DNA of 64,000 nt from Squalus acanthias (lineage: Eukaryota): NCBI GenBank assembly GCA_030390025.1, contig CM059433.1, positions 26,600,001 through 26,664,000 of the forward strand. The letters are read 5' to 3'. The position numbers were made by a program, and so were the translations under genes. Each line of letters begins with the position of its first letter. The stretch's first letter is position 1. The notes beneath the pieces are model-generated. The model saw only the letters and a list, made by a program, of their open reading frames with translations. It was not told where the DNA came from and searched no databases. Shown here one piece after another: positions 1-11,813 of this stretch.

Positions 1-2428
1 ATCCCTACGGGTGGGTACGCGCTGTGTACCCACCCGTAGGGACATCGGAAATGCCGGTTTCAGGCATGCACTGCGCATGCGCTGGAAACCGGCATTTCCG
101 ATCTGTGTAAGGGTTTCGTGCCTGTCTCTCAGAGACGGTGCTGGTGCGGGGTTAGGCCTTCGTTGCCCAATACTATTGCTTGCTCTGGTCTCCGGCCAGC
201 CTTGTTGCAATAAGCACCTGTGAGTGGTTCGACCCACTCGCCCTTACGGTTCTAACACTGGACTTAGGTGCGAGAGCAGTAATGCAGAGAAAAACTCAAA
301 TAGACCCGGTTGAATAGTACGAAATGGAAATCTTTATTGCATAGCGTCCAAGATCATGAAGTACATGTCATAGGCACAAATTAACGAGAGTACAAGCATA
401 CATACATTGATAAAGCTTGGTCTATGGTAATGAAGAACGCACGGCACATCGTAAAAAGGGGAACACATTATACTTTATCCTTAATAAAACCACCCTCCCC
501 TATCAATACCTACACTACATCTAGATTTGTAGGATCGGGAAACATGCTCACCACTCGTGATACTTCGGAGAATTTTAAAGTGAGGCGCTCGGCTCATTTC
601 GCTGCAGCGCCTGACTGTCACGTGTTTTGAGGGGTCTCTGTACCCCACTTGTTTACTTTCGCTGCTGCTGCAAGCAGGCTGGGCTCCCCGCTGTCATGAA
701 GAACTCGACAGTGCTCGGGCCCGGCTGTAGAACTCAAAGAAAAGTCTTCCTGGACCGACACCAGTTGCCGGTAGAATTCAAAGAAGAGTCTTCCTGTATC
801 GACACCGGTTGTCGATAAAATTCGAGGAAGAGTCTATGACCAGTTCGTGCAGTAACTGATAGAGTTCGTATAAATTCGGCGCGGTCGGGGTTTACTGACC
901 GCGGCGGCACGTGGATTCTTCTTCTTCTCTTCTCATCTCATCTCGTCTCATCTCTTCGGGCCTTCAGGTCCAAAACACCATTTACCGACACTCGGGATGG
1001 TGCACCCGGTTACCGGCCTTCGTCGAGGCGGCTCGTTCCGTTTGAGCTCCACCCAACATTCGAATAACCGACCAGTACGGCTAAAAGTCAACAAAGTCCA
1101 GAGAAGACACAAAGGCTGCTCGTCCAGCAGAGCGACACCCGAGGATCAGGATAAGAGAATAAAGAGTTCAGCAGTCAGCCGCGAGATAAGAGACCGATGG
1201 ACATTTGTTACCTATAGTTATAGTGCTGTGTCCCCTTATCTCCCGCTCAAATCTTAATGTTTGTCCTTTGTGAAATATTGGCGCTCAAAACTCCCAGCAT
1301 GGGGTGATTCTTGTCTTTAACGGGTTTCGGTAGCACCTGAGACTGGTCAACTACCCGTTAATGTCTTCCCCATTGTTGAACCGGCTCGGAGCCTCCCTGG
1401 CTGGGTTTTGGGGGCCCCCGAATACTTGTTTAATCACCCGAGAATGGCTCTCTCATTGTAGAGCCGTGGGGGTATTTGCGTATTGATGTGTCTGGATGGG
1501 CCTTCGATTGCCCAGTACAATGGTCCTTACTTGTGCATGGAAAATGATTCCAGCACTCATATCTTTTGCTATTGTCACAAATGCAAACAGGTTGCATCCT
1601 GTCTTTATCAGTGCTTATCGAAAAATGTTTATTCGAACGCCATCTTGTCTGCCCACTGTACTTCTGGAAACTTCTGCCACGATGCGCGGCGGCCATTTTA
1701 CAGGCTTCTGTGTCCTGTTTAATCATGACAGCATTTCGTTTAAATAAACTGATCAAACAAATCTGCTTCTATCTCGTTATTTCAAATCGCGATAATTGCG
1801 AAACTTTACATCTGTCAAGAAAGCTCTTGACAGATCCTCCACCTGCCCTGGAGAAGGGCCTCTGCGGGGGGAGAGTTCCGTTTTTTGGAGACCCTCCGCC
1901 CGCAGAAAACACTTACAATTCTTGCGCCTGGTAAACTGTTACTGCAGGCCTTCCTCCTCTTCTTAAAGGGGAGGGGCCTTGCGCAGCACAACCTGGGGCC
2001 CAGCTGGGCCACCAGGGATTGGAGTGCCGGGCTCCCGGCGCGCAGCCGGCACTCCGCGGAGGGGCTTCTCAGAAGGCCGGGGACGGCAATGGGGGCAGGT
2101 GCTGGCAGGCGGCCAGCAACAAAAATGGTGGCCTGGCACCTCGCCTTTAATTAGCGCCGCCCCGGCCGCAGGTAGGCCCCCCCGACCCCGTCGGACATAG
2201 TGTCCGGCGGTAAGTCAGGGGGCGCTACCGAAGATCGCGGCCGGGGCGTGAGCGGGGCACTGCACACGGCGATGATGTCATCGCTGGCGGCACAGCGCCA
2301 CGGGGTGCTAACGGTTACCGCCGCTGCTAACCTCCCGCTGAATTTTGCGGGAGGCACTGGCAGCACCGCACCCGGGCACTAGTCGCTTTGGGCGCTAATG
2401 GGAGGCGCAAAGCAACTGAATTTTTCCA
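1..2428. mobile_element. Harbinger-type MITE (1-105 plus 1811-~2428) interrupted by the LTR; apparently chimeric
   Basis: Left part matches the MITEs at 11814 and 28859. Right end (ggcgctaatgggaggcgc..actgaatttttcc) matches the TIR end of the MITE at 44340. Confidence 0.7.
106..1810. mobile_element. Solo-LTR-like insertion, 1705 bp (ERV or Gypsy type)
   Basis: Ends TGTAAGGGTTTCG...CGAAACTTTACA (imperfect inverted TG..CA termini). 4-bp TSD TCTG at 102-105 and 1811-1814. Removing it restores the MITE hairpin gatctgtcaaga..tcttgacagatc seen intact near 29460-29490. Confidence 0.8.
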
Positions 2429-2429
2429 T

Positions 2430-2920
2430 ATTCAGGAATATTTCGTACCCAATCCTGCCCATTTTTGAGCCAGGTCTCCGTTATCGCCACAACATCATAT
2501 TCCATGTGGCTATTTGCGCCTGCAGCTCACCAACCTTATTTACCACACTTTGTGCATTTACACACATGCACTCTAAACCTATCTTAGACCTTCTTAGACC
2601 TTCTTGTATTATACTATAAAAGGCACGATTTTGAAAAGTGTAGATGAGCAGAGAGACCTTCATGTCCATATACACAAATCCTTAAAGGTGGCACGGTAAA
2701 TTGATAAGGTGATTAAAAAGCATATATGTTAATTGATTTATAAACAGAGGAATAGAATATAATAGCAAAGAGATCTTACTAAAACTTTATAAATCACTGG
2801 TTAGGCCTCAGCTGGAGTACTGTGGACAATTCTGGGCATCACACTTCAGGAAAGATGTAAAGGCCTTAGAAAGGGTACAGAGGAGGTTTACCAAGAGGTT
2901 ACCAGGGATGATGGACTTCA
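2430..2920. mobile_element. Two CR1 LINE fragments (APE start on minus ~2430-2610; RT C-terminal region on plus ~2615-2920)
   Basis: CVNAQSVVNKVGEL motif on the minus strand; LYKSLVRPQLEYC-like sequence on the plus strand. Confidence 0.75.
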
Positions 2921-4320
2921 ACAAGAACTTGTAGTTATATAGCACCTTTAACATAGTAAAATGTCCCAAGGCGCTTCACAGGATGTTATAAAACAAAATT
3001 TTACACTGATCCACATAAGCAGACATTAGGGCAGATGACCAAAAGCTTAGTCAAAGCTTTAAGGAGCATCTTAAAGGAGGAAAGAGAGGTAGAGAGGCAG
3101 AGAGGTTTAGGCAGGAAATTCCAGTGCTTAGGCCTTTGGCAGCTGAAGGCACGGCCGCCAATGGTGGAGCAATTAAAATCGGGGATGCTTAAGAGGGCAG
3201 AATTAGAAGAGCGCAGATATAGGGCTGGATTTTGATACTGGGGCGGGTTGGGGTCGTGTTATCCACTTTTCGTGTTATCCACCCGACTGCAATTGGATGT
3301 GGGAGATTGATGCAATTTTCACCTAATTGTGCAATTGAGTTCCAGCATGTGGGAACCCATGAACCAATTAGTGTTTTCAGTCTGAAAGTCGCCTCTGATG
3401 ATGTCATCATTGCTGCTGCATTGAAGGTCTTCAGAGACTGCCTGACCTTTGCTGTGAGAGGACCTGGATGCAAAATGAGCAGCAGCAGCCCTAAGTCTGT
3501 TCCCAGATATTTTTACACCACCACTCCCAGATATGACTCCTCCCCATCCATCCATATATGCATCCCCATAGCCAGCCAGCCAGCCAAATGTGCTCCTCCC
3601 AGGTTTCACATTCGTGGTTCAGAACAGGCATGCTTCATGTAGAAAAAGGGTTAAAATCACAAAGGCCTTTCAAAATGGCATTATAGAGGCAATTTAGTGC
3701 TTGTTAAGGGCCTTAACAGCCTATCCCGCCTCTTAGAAGCGGGACGGAGTCGGGACCAGCAGACACGATTTAATGAAAATTGCGTGGAGGCGGGATGGAG
3801 GCAGGCTTCTGCCCGCCCGCCAGTTTTCGCAATTTTAACCCCCCACACGCCTCCAAACCCACCTCCATGGGTCAATGAAAATCCAGCCCATAGAGTCATA
3901 GATTTACACGGCACAGAAAGAGGCCCTTCAGCCCATCGTGTCCGCGCTGGCCATCAAGCCCCGTCTATTCTAATCCCATTTTCCAGCACTTGGTCCGTAG
4001 CCTTGTATGCTATGGCATTTCAAGTGCTTATCTAAATGCTTCTTGAATGTTGTGAGGGTTCCTGCCTCTACCACCCTTTCAGGCAGTGAGGGTGGGGCTG
4101 GAGGATATTACAGAGATAGGGAGGGGTGAGGCCAGGGAGGGATTTGAAAACAAGGATGAGTATTCTAAAATCGAAGCATTGCTTAACCGGGAGCCAATGT
4201 AGGTAAGCTAGCACAGGGGTGATGGGTGAACAGGACTTGGTGCGAGTTAGGACATGGGCAGCAGAGTTTTGGATGACCTCAAGTTTATGGAGGGTAGAAC
4301 GTGGGAGGCCGGCCAGGAGT
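2921..4320 (-). mobile_element. L2-type LINE 3' fragment (~2921-3221 and ~4091-4320), split by a MITE and a CR1 tail (~3890-4090)
   Basis: Similar to the L2-like 3' ends at 8040-8430 and 61610-62190. Confidence 0.65.
3222..3889. mobile_element. Harbinger-derived MITE (family C)
   Basis: TIR GGGCTGGATTTT/AAAATCCAGCCC and TSD ATA. A close copy lies at 54098-54814. Confidence 0.88.
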
Positions 4321-4324
4321 GCGA

Positions 4325-4770
4325 TTATGAGGAGAGGTTGGAAAAGTTAGGAATTTTCTCCTTGGAACAGAGAAGGTTAAGAGATGACCAATTAGAGGTT
4401 TTCAAGATGATGAGAGGTTTTGATAGAGTAGATCGGGGAAAACTATTCCTTCTGGCGAATGGGTCAATAAGCAAAGGTCATAGATTCAACATCACTGGCA
4501 AAAGATCTAGAGGGGAGATGAGGAGAAATATTTTCACTCAGATAGTTGTCGGGATCTGGAATGCTCGACCTGAAAAGGTGGTGGAAGCTGATTCCATAAA
4601 TAATTTTAAAAGGGAGTCGGACAGGTACTTGAGGATGAGAAACTTACAGGGTTACGGACAGAAAGCGGGGATGTGGGACTAAGCACGACTGCTCTTTCTA
4701 AGAGCCGGCACAGGCACGACGAGCTGAATGGCCTCCTTCTGTGCTGTAAGTTTCTGTGATTCTATGATTC
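4325..4770 (+). mobile_element. CR1 3' end with tail
   Basis: YEERLEKLGIFSLEQRRLR...NIFTQIVVGIWN peptide and a (gattctat)n tail. Confidence 0.85.
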
Positions 4771-4997
4771 TACACCAGCCAGCAATGTATTCCAGAGGCT
4801 CACTACTCTCTGGAAAAAGAAGAACCACCTAACATCTAGTCTATTCCTACTTTTACATAGTTTAAACTTGTGTCTGCTGGTCCTCCCCAATCTGTTAAAT
4901 TGGAATAATCTATCAATAGCGAAACTATCCAGCCCTTTAAGTATTTTATGCACCCCTATCAGGCCACCTCAAAGTCTACACTGCTCTAAAGTAAATA

Positions 4998-5204
4998 TGG
5001 GTCATGATGCGGAGATGCCGGTGTTGGACTGGGGTGGACAAAATTGAGAGGTCGCACAACACCAGGTTATAGTCCAACAGTTTTATTTGAAATCACAAGC
5101 TTTCGGAGCTTTCGGACTTCACCTGAGGAAGGGGCAATCGATAGCTCCGAAAGCTTGTGATTTCAAATAAAACTGTTGGACTATAACCTGGTGTTGTGCG
5201 ACCA
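4998..5204. mobile_element. Penelope-like (pseudo-LTR-derived) palindromic insertion
   Basis: 12-bp TSD CTAAAGTAAATA (4986-4997, 5205-5216). Perfect 61-bp inverted arms at 5050-5110 and 5143-5203. Contains a hammerhead-like core. Confidence 0.8.
5119..5160 (+). ncRNA. Minimal type I hammerhead ribozyme motif (PLE-type)
   Basis: TCAC-CTGAGGA-A-GGGGC(aatcgata)GCTCC-GAAA-GC-TT-GTGA: conserved core, stems I and II, palindromic AGCT helix III and a CUU cleavage triplet. Confidence 0.65.
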
Positions 5205-5671
5205 CTAAAGTAAATAGACAAAGGTCCTTGAGCCTATCTGAATAGCTGAGGTTCTTTAAGCTACAAATCTGGATCTTTACCAAGGCCACTATATTACCCA
5301 CCTTGTGGAGGGACCTAAACTGGACAAAGGACTCTAGATGCAGTCTGACCAGTGACCTGTATAGTGTCAAAATGTTGTCCTTTGATTTATACTGAATGGT
5401 TCTATTAATACAACCCAATGCCCTGTTAGCTTTAGATACAGTTTCTCTACATTGGTCATGAACTTTCAGTGATCTATGCACAATAACAAGTAAATATTTT
5501 TCTCTCTCAACCTCTTTCAGTATTGTTCCTTGCAAATGATATGTGTATTCTTTGTTGGCCCTACCAACATGCATGACACTACATTTATCTAAATTGAACG
5601 CCGTTTGCCATAATGTGGCCTATTCCCCAAGCACATCTAAATCTTTTTGCACTCGTTTGCACTCCTCTTAT

Positions 5672-6413
5672 GGCCCAGAAATTGATCTCGCTCTGTTCCC
5701 GCGGGGGTAAGCCTTCCCCGCGATCTCTCACTCCGCTTGTGCTTTTTCAGATCCAGCTCGCACGAACTTGATGTTCCAGACATCAGCCGGGCAGTGCTTG
5801 CGTATCCCACCGGCGTAGTGAATTCGTGCGAGCTGTGGGATCACGTGACTCAGTTAGAGCCAATGGCAGCACACCATCTTCCATTCATAAGTTTCACATA
5901 CGTGCTGTGAAATCTATGAATCTTACACCCCCCCAAAATAACAGCTAAACCTCAATTAAATTAAAAAAAAACCATCACATTAATAAAATAAGTATAGTTA
6001 AATAAATTAACCATTTTAAATAAAAAATTAAATTTTTGAAAAAATTTAAAATCTTTTAAAAAGTTATAAAAATAAACTTACCTGTCTTTAAAGTCTCTAA
6101 AAAAGATATACCTGTTAAAAAAAATTCAAAAAAATACTTAATTCACTACTTACCTTGTTAAAAGTGGGTCTTACTCCTCCTTTTTCCATTTCTAAAATCT
6201 TCAGTACTTACCTGCGCGTCCAAAGCATGAAGTGCACAGCGTGCGCGCAGCCTGTAGCGCGCACGCGATGCACCGAGGAACCGCCCCCTTTTCAAAAGAG
6301 CAATTGCCGGTTTTCAGCGCATGCGCAGGGCATGCAGAAAACCGGCAATTGCAGAGGGAATACGCGAGAGTACGCAGTGCGTACTCTCGCGCACCGGGAT
6401 GAATTTTTGGCCC
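5672..6413. mobile_element. Harbinger-type MITE (family A)
   Basis: TIR GGCCCAGAAATT/AATTTTTGGCCC, AT-rich core and internal hairpins. It interrupts a CR1 whose uninterrupted equivalent is near 60310. Confidence 0.82.
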
Positions 6414-8039
6414 ACTGTCTTAACCCTTGCACAGATTTTGGTGTCATCTGCAAACTTACTTACCATACTCCCAACGCCACTGCCCAGTTTATTAATAAAG
6501 ACACTGAACAGTAGCGGGCCTAGGAGCGATCCCTGGTGGCCACCACTAGTAATGTGCCTCCAGGCTGAACCATATCCATTAACTACAACTTTTTGTCTGC
6601 GGGACTGGAGCCAATTCCTAATCCAGTGGATCAAATTCCTACTGATATCACACGTGAAGTAACCTAGTGTGAGGTACTTTATCAAAGGCTTTCTGAAAAT
6701 CCAGGTAGACTATGTCTACTCATCCACTACCCTAGTGATGTGTAAGGCACCACCTATTCTTTTCGGAAGCCTTGTGAATTTCTAATGACCCCTTCCATTT
6801 TCTATCATAAGGGGCATCCCTTACGATCCCTTCTAGCATCTTCCCAATAAAGGATGTCAGGTTGATAGGCCTATAATTTCCCAGCTCTGATTTGTCCCTT
6901 TTTTTGAAATGAGAACTGCATGAGCTACCTTCCAGTCTAAGGGACCTATCCAGGACTCTATTGAACTCTTGAAGATATGGGCAAGGGGCTCACAGACACT
7001 CGGCTGGGTTCGGATGCTTCTCCTGTTCTCCCGAAGTGACACATTTCAAGAGCTTTTTTTCTTCTCCATACCCATTTCATCGCCCATATATGGTCACATT
7101 TTTGACTTCCACAATTCACTTAAGTCAGTAAGTTTTAGCTTGTGACCTTTAGGTCATTGAGTTTAACTTTGTTGGACATTTTATGACCCTTAGGTCATCG
7201 AACAGATTGCTGAACACAAACAACTATTGGGACCCTACCTCAACAATATCCTGTTCCATTGTCTGAAGCTATCATCCTTGTAGATAGTGGTCAACTATAT
7301 TTCATACACACGTCTCTGTTGGAATACCTTCCTGGCAGCTAGTATAGTTAGAAACTTCCTCTTTGTTAGCTTCAGATGTTTTTATCCTGTGTCAAGGATT
7401 TCAGAAAGGCTAACTTTATTTATCCATATCACTACATCTTATCCTACCCATAATTCTTGCATTCGCCGTTCTGCCATGGTTTCAGTAAAAAAAAACTACA
7501 AAAGCAAATACATATTTTCTCCAACAGGCTATAAGGGTGGATGTGTGGCAAATGGAGTGAGGCAGAGCAGAGAGGGTTTTATATGTTGCATCTGACCCAT
7601 GCTATACATCTGAATTGGGAATTCCTGATGCTAGCAATGGGTGCAAAGGTTGAAAAATATTGTAACAGCTCACCTTGATCCTTACTTTGATAAGCACAAA
7701 ATACACTCAAACTTTTAATTTAAATTATTGCTTAAAGGAGATGTAAGGGTCAAATCTTTAGTCTATGCCAATCATTTCAGTAATGCGAGTGTCATTCCTT
7801 CTTTTGTGGATGGTTCTGTGTGATCTAACATTGAAATCATGAGCCACAGCTTTGGATCATATCTTCCATCACCAGTCAATGAGAGCATTAACTGTAAATA
7901 ATGCAGAGAACACCAAAAACTGAGATTCATTGGTTAATGTGTACTGTAGTAATCATAGAAGTTGCTATTAAGTTGGCAGTGTCTGAAACTATTGAACCAT
8001 TCCGGATGCTATTGTCCAATTGGTTGAGATAGAAGTAGT

Positions 8040-8430
8040 AGCAACGCCTTGATTTTAAAATTCTCATCCTTGTGTTCAAATCCCTCAATGGCCTCGCCCC
8101 TCCCTATCTCTGTAAGCTCCTCCAGCACTATAACCCTCTGAGATCTCTGTACTCCTCCAATTCTGACCTCTTGCACATCCCCAATTTTATTCTCTCCACC
8201 ATTGGCGGCTGTGCCTGCACTGCTTACGCTCTAAGCTCTGAAATTCCCTCCCTAAACCTCTCCTCCTCTTTACCTCTCTTTCCTCCTTTAAGATGCTTCT
8301 TAAAGCCTACTGCTTTGACCAAGCTTTTGGTCACCTGTCCTAATATTTCCTTATGAGGCTCTGTGTCAAATTTTGTTTGAGACGTTTTGCCACATTAAAT
8401 GCGTAAGATAAATGCAAGTTGTTGCTGTTG
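8040..8430 (+). mobile_element. L2-type LINE 3' end
   Basis: FKILILVFKSLNGLAPPYL motif and a (gtt)n-like tail. Confidence 0.75.
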
Positions 8431-9479
8431 CAGTAGCTGATTAGAGAAGCAAGGTGATGCTGATGTGGGGAAGTGAACTTTGTCCTGTGATTTCCCATGT
8501 GTCGAGTTCCTCATTTCAGTTGTGCTGTCAGGCAGAGCTGCTGAGTGGGAAGGCTAGCCACTTCTAGATAATCAGAGAGGAAGGTGTTCCCAGCCACTGT
8601 TATGCACCTCCTGTTTTAAAAGTAGTATTAGTAGAAGCCTGGGAAGCCGACATAGAGGAATGGTACATGATCAGGGGAAACCTAAAAGGCTCAAATGAAA
8701 TGGGGAAAAAAAAGCAAAGAAGATCCTCGACACTGGGAGAGAAAATCTTACATTTTTATATCAAAAATTATTTATGAATACTCCATCCATTTATAACAGG
8801 AAATGCTCCCATTCAACAAGAATCATTTGCAGCTTAAAGATCAGTTAGTCTGCAATTGATCACCAGGGTTTTACAGACAGGAATGTCACAGCTTCGGTGT
8901 TTTCTGATAACATTACTCAAATATCCACATGCAACCACACAAAGAGTAATTCAAGTAATCACGGCCCTGGGTGCCTAATAGTTTGTTCAAGTATATTCAA
9001 GATACCAAGAACCTGTTTTTCAAAACTTTGGCATTTTTTTGTAGTGCAATTTATTCCTGTTTGTGTGTGTGCCAGTGGACCAGTCTCTTTCCTGCTCATT
9101 TTCTATTTCTCCACTTAAGCAAACTATTTCATGTGTGTGCTCCAGAAGTAGACATTTTTGGGCTAATTTTAAGACTTTTTGCTCCTGGTTGGGATCCTTG
9201 CCCACCGAGAGTGAATATTGAAAATTTGTCGCACAATTTTCCAACCATGAGCGCAAAGTGGGAAAATGACTCCTTTTGTGTCAACTCTTATTGTTATGAC
9301 ACAAATCGTGTAAACAAAGTACAATTTATTTACATTTTTCTATTTCTAATGATTTTCAACTCTTCCCTCCTTCTCTCCTCACAGCGTTGACTTTTTGTTG
9401 TAGCCCAGTTCTATGAGAACTGCACATGCTCCAATTATTTGCCTGTTTAGGTGTGTGTAAAAGATCCCATGGCCAACAC

Positions 9480-10330
9480 TAATCGCTCAACCAAAACCAC
9501 CAAGAATTATTAACTGGTCATTCAGGAGGAAGGTCTGGTCAACCATGTCAAAGGCTGCAGACAGGTCGAGAAGGATGAGGAGGGATAGTTTACCACGGTC
9601 ATAGTCACATAGGATTTAATTTCTGACTTTGACGAGGGCCGTTTCATTGCTGTGGCAGGGGCGGAAACCTGATTGGAGAGGTTCAAACATGGAGTTGCGG
9701 GAAAGATGGGCACAGATTTGAGAGGTAACAACACGTTCAAGGACTTTAGAGAGGAAAGGGAGGTTGGAGATGAGGCGGTAGTTTGCAAGGACAGAGGGAT
9801 CAAGGGTGGATTTTTTGAGGATGGAGGCAATGATGGCAGATTTTAAGGGGTGGGGACCACATCCTCTTCCAAATCTATTGTCCAGCTGGCTGGGACTGCC
9901 CTCACCTGATTCCATTCCTATACATCCAGTCATAGCCAGAGAATCACCTGCAATGGCTTCTCTGCCACTCCCACACCATAACCTTTGGAGTCCTCCAAGA
10001 ATCTATCCTTGGTACCTGAGGAGAAGGAACCATTAACAATATCAACTAACGTAGGGGCTAGGAAGAGAAGTTGGGTGGTCAGTTTGGTGAGAATAGGGTT
10101 GAGGGAGCAGGAGGTGGGTCTCATGGGCAAGATGAGCTTGGAGAGGGGAAATAGGAGAGAAACTAGAGAAAGATGTCAGTTCAGGGATAGGGCAGGGCGG
10201 AACCTTGGGGGACATGTGACTTGGTGGGCATGGGGAAATGTGGGAAGGGGCAGAGGCAGCTGAATGGGTGGTCTCAATCTTAGTGTAAAAAGAAGTCCAT
10301 GAGCTCCTGACACTTGTTGGAGGTGAGGAT
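9480..10330 (-). mobile_element. L2-type LINE RT fragment with an inverted internal piece (~9860-10015)
   Basis: LANYRLISNLPFLSKVLERVV..QSGFRPCHSNETALVKV L2 RT motifs. Confidence 0.75.
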
Positions 10331-11770
10331 GGAGGAGGCAGGGGAGAGGGGTTTGATGAGGTTTGCTGAGCGGCTTCTTCCTTCTGCGCCTTTAGTCCTT
10401 GCTGCTGTGCCAGGTTGTGCAGAACGCAGCACACCATGATTATCCTGGAAACCCTCGCTGGTGAGTACTGAAGGGCGACTCCAGACCTGTCCAGGTACCT
10501 GAAGTGCACTTCAGCATGCTGATGGCTTGCTCGATGACACAGCCAGGTTTGAGGGGGGTATCCTTTGTTGCCTAGCAGCCACCCCTTGAGTCTGGTTCCA
10601 GGTCTGAACATGTCGGGATGTTGGACTGTCACAGTATGAAGCATCATGGCAGCTTCCAGGGAATCGGGCACAGACCTGCATGAACCTTTGTTTGTGGTTT
10701 CACACCAGCTGCACATTGATGGAATGAAATCCCTCGCCATTTTCGAATGCTCATGGTTGGTCTGGGGCTGCTCGGATTGCCACGTGTGTGCAGTCGATGG
10801 CACCCTGCACCTGTGGGAAGCCAGCCAGAGACTCGAATCCCAGTGCCTGCACATTCTGGCTATTGTTATCACAGGGGAAGTTTATATACCACCCAGCCCT
10901 GGCAAACAATCCGCCCATCACCTGCCTTATGCATTTATGTGCCACCAACTGCGAGACCCTCGCTGTGTCTCCGGTAGCGGCCTGGAAGGAGCCGGATACA
11001 AAGTAATTGGGGGTGGTGGTGACTTTCACAGCCACTGGTAATGTGTGGCCACCAGGTCCAGCAGGAAGCAAGTCTTCTTCTAGGAGGCTGCAGCTGTCTG
11101 CCACCACCTGACGTGACAATCTTAACCTTCGGATGCACTGCTCCTCCGACAGGTTTAGGAAGCCGAGTCTCTGTCTGTAGACCCTATTAGGTGGGTAGTG
11201 CCTCCTGCGGCCTCATCCCCTCTGTTGCTCCCTTCTCTGCTGGCCACCTGCAGCTCCCTCCGCACCACGCCCTTGCTGCTGTTGATCCTCATTCTCTTCC
11301 TCTTCCTCAGTCCATTCGAGAGCAGCCATGGCGCCACTCACCATGATCTTCTCTGTGTGAACAACTCCAATCTCTCCAAATAACTATCTCACACCAGGTA
11401 CTCGCACCAAACCGTGTCCCAGAGGGAACTGAGAAAGCAGCTGTGAGCACTGAGCCTTTATTCACATCGGGCCTCCTGACCTTTAACCACCCTGATAAAG
11501 TAACGCTCAACCTCGCCTTCATTGTTGCATTTCCCAATCCCTGGGAAATCTGTGCACCAGCCATTAATTCCAAATTGGGCTCCAAATCGCATTATAGGAG
11601 CCTGATATAAATATGTTAATAAGCATCCTGCCTCACCACGAACACCCCAATATCTGCCGCCATAAAAATACTGGCGGGCACGTGTGCAGTGTGTTGGTTT
11701 ATGCAAATTTAACATTTTAACACCCCCCCCCCCCACCCCCGAATTGATTGGGAGTTAATATTGAGACCAA
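10330..11770 (-). pseudogene. Decayed PIF/Harbinger transposase with one element end
   Basis: GFPQVQGAIDCTHVAI, WLLGNKGYP and CCVLHNLA motifs spread over several frames. Confidence 0.85.
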
Positions 11771-11813
11771 TGGTTCTGCTATATGAATTAATATGTAACA
11801 ATTATTTGTTAAT

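Larger units (their letters stand above)
4771..7260 (-). mobile_element. Degenerate CR1 ORF2 hosting a Penelope-type repeat and a MITE
   Basis: SKFADDTKI RT motif and QGSLLGPLLF; same subfamily as 59570-60960. Confidence 0.85.

Noticed and set aside
1430..1756. Short Cys-rich ORFs inside the LTR-like element as viral accessory genes
   Set aside because: Overlapping short frames with no recognisable motif; cannot be supported without homologous copies.
3232..3642. ORF MILGRVGVV... repeated at 54108-54473
   Set aside because: Internal to family C MITEs; the frames diverge at a microsatellite and show no recognisable domain.
7143..7197. Two TGACC-n-AGGTCA palindromes as nuclear-receptor sites
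   Set aside because: They sit at the decayed end of a CR1 fragment and look like a small local duplication.
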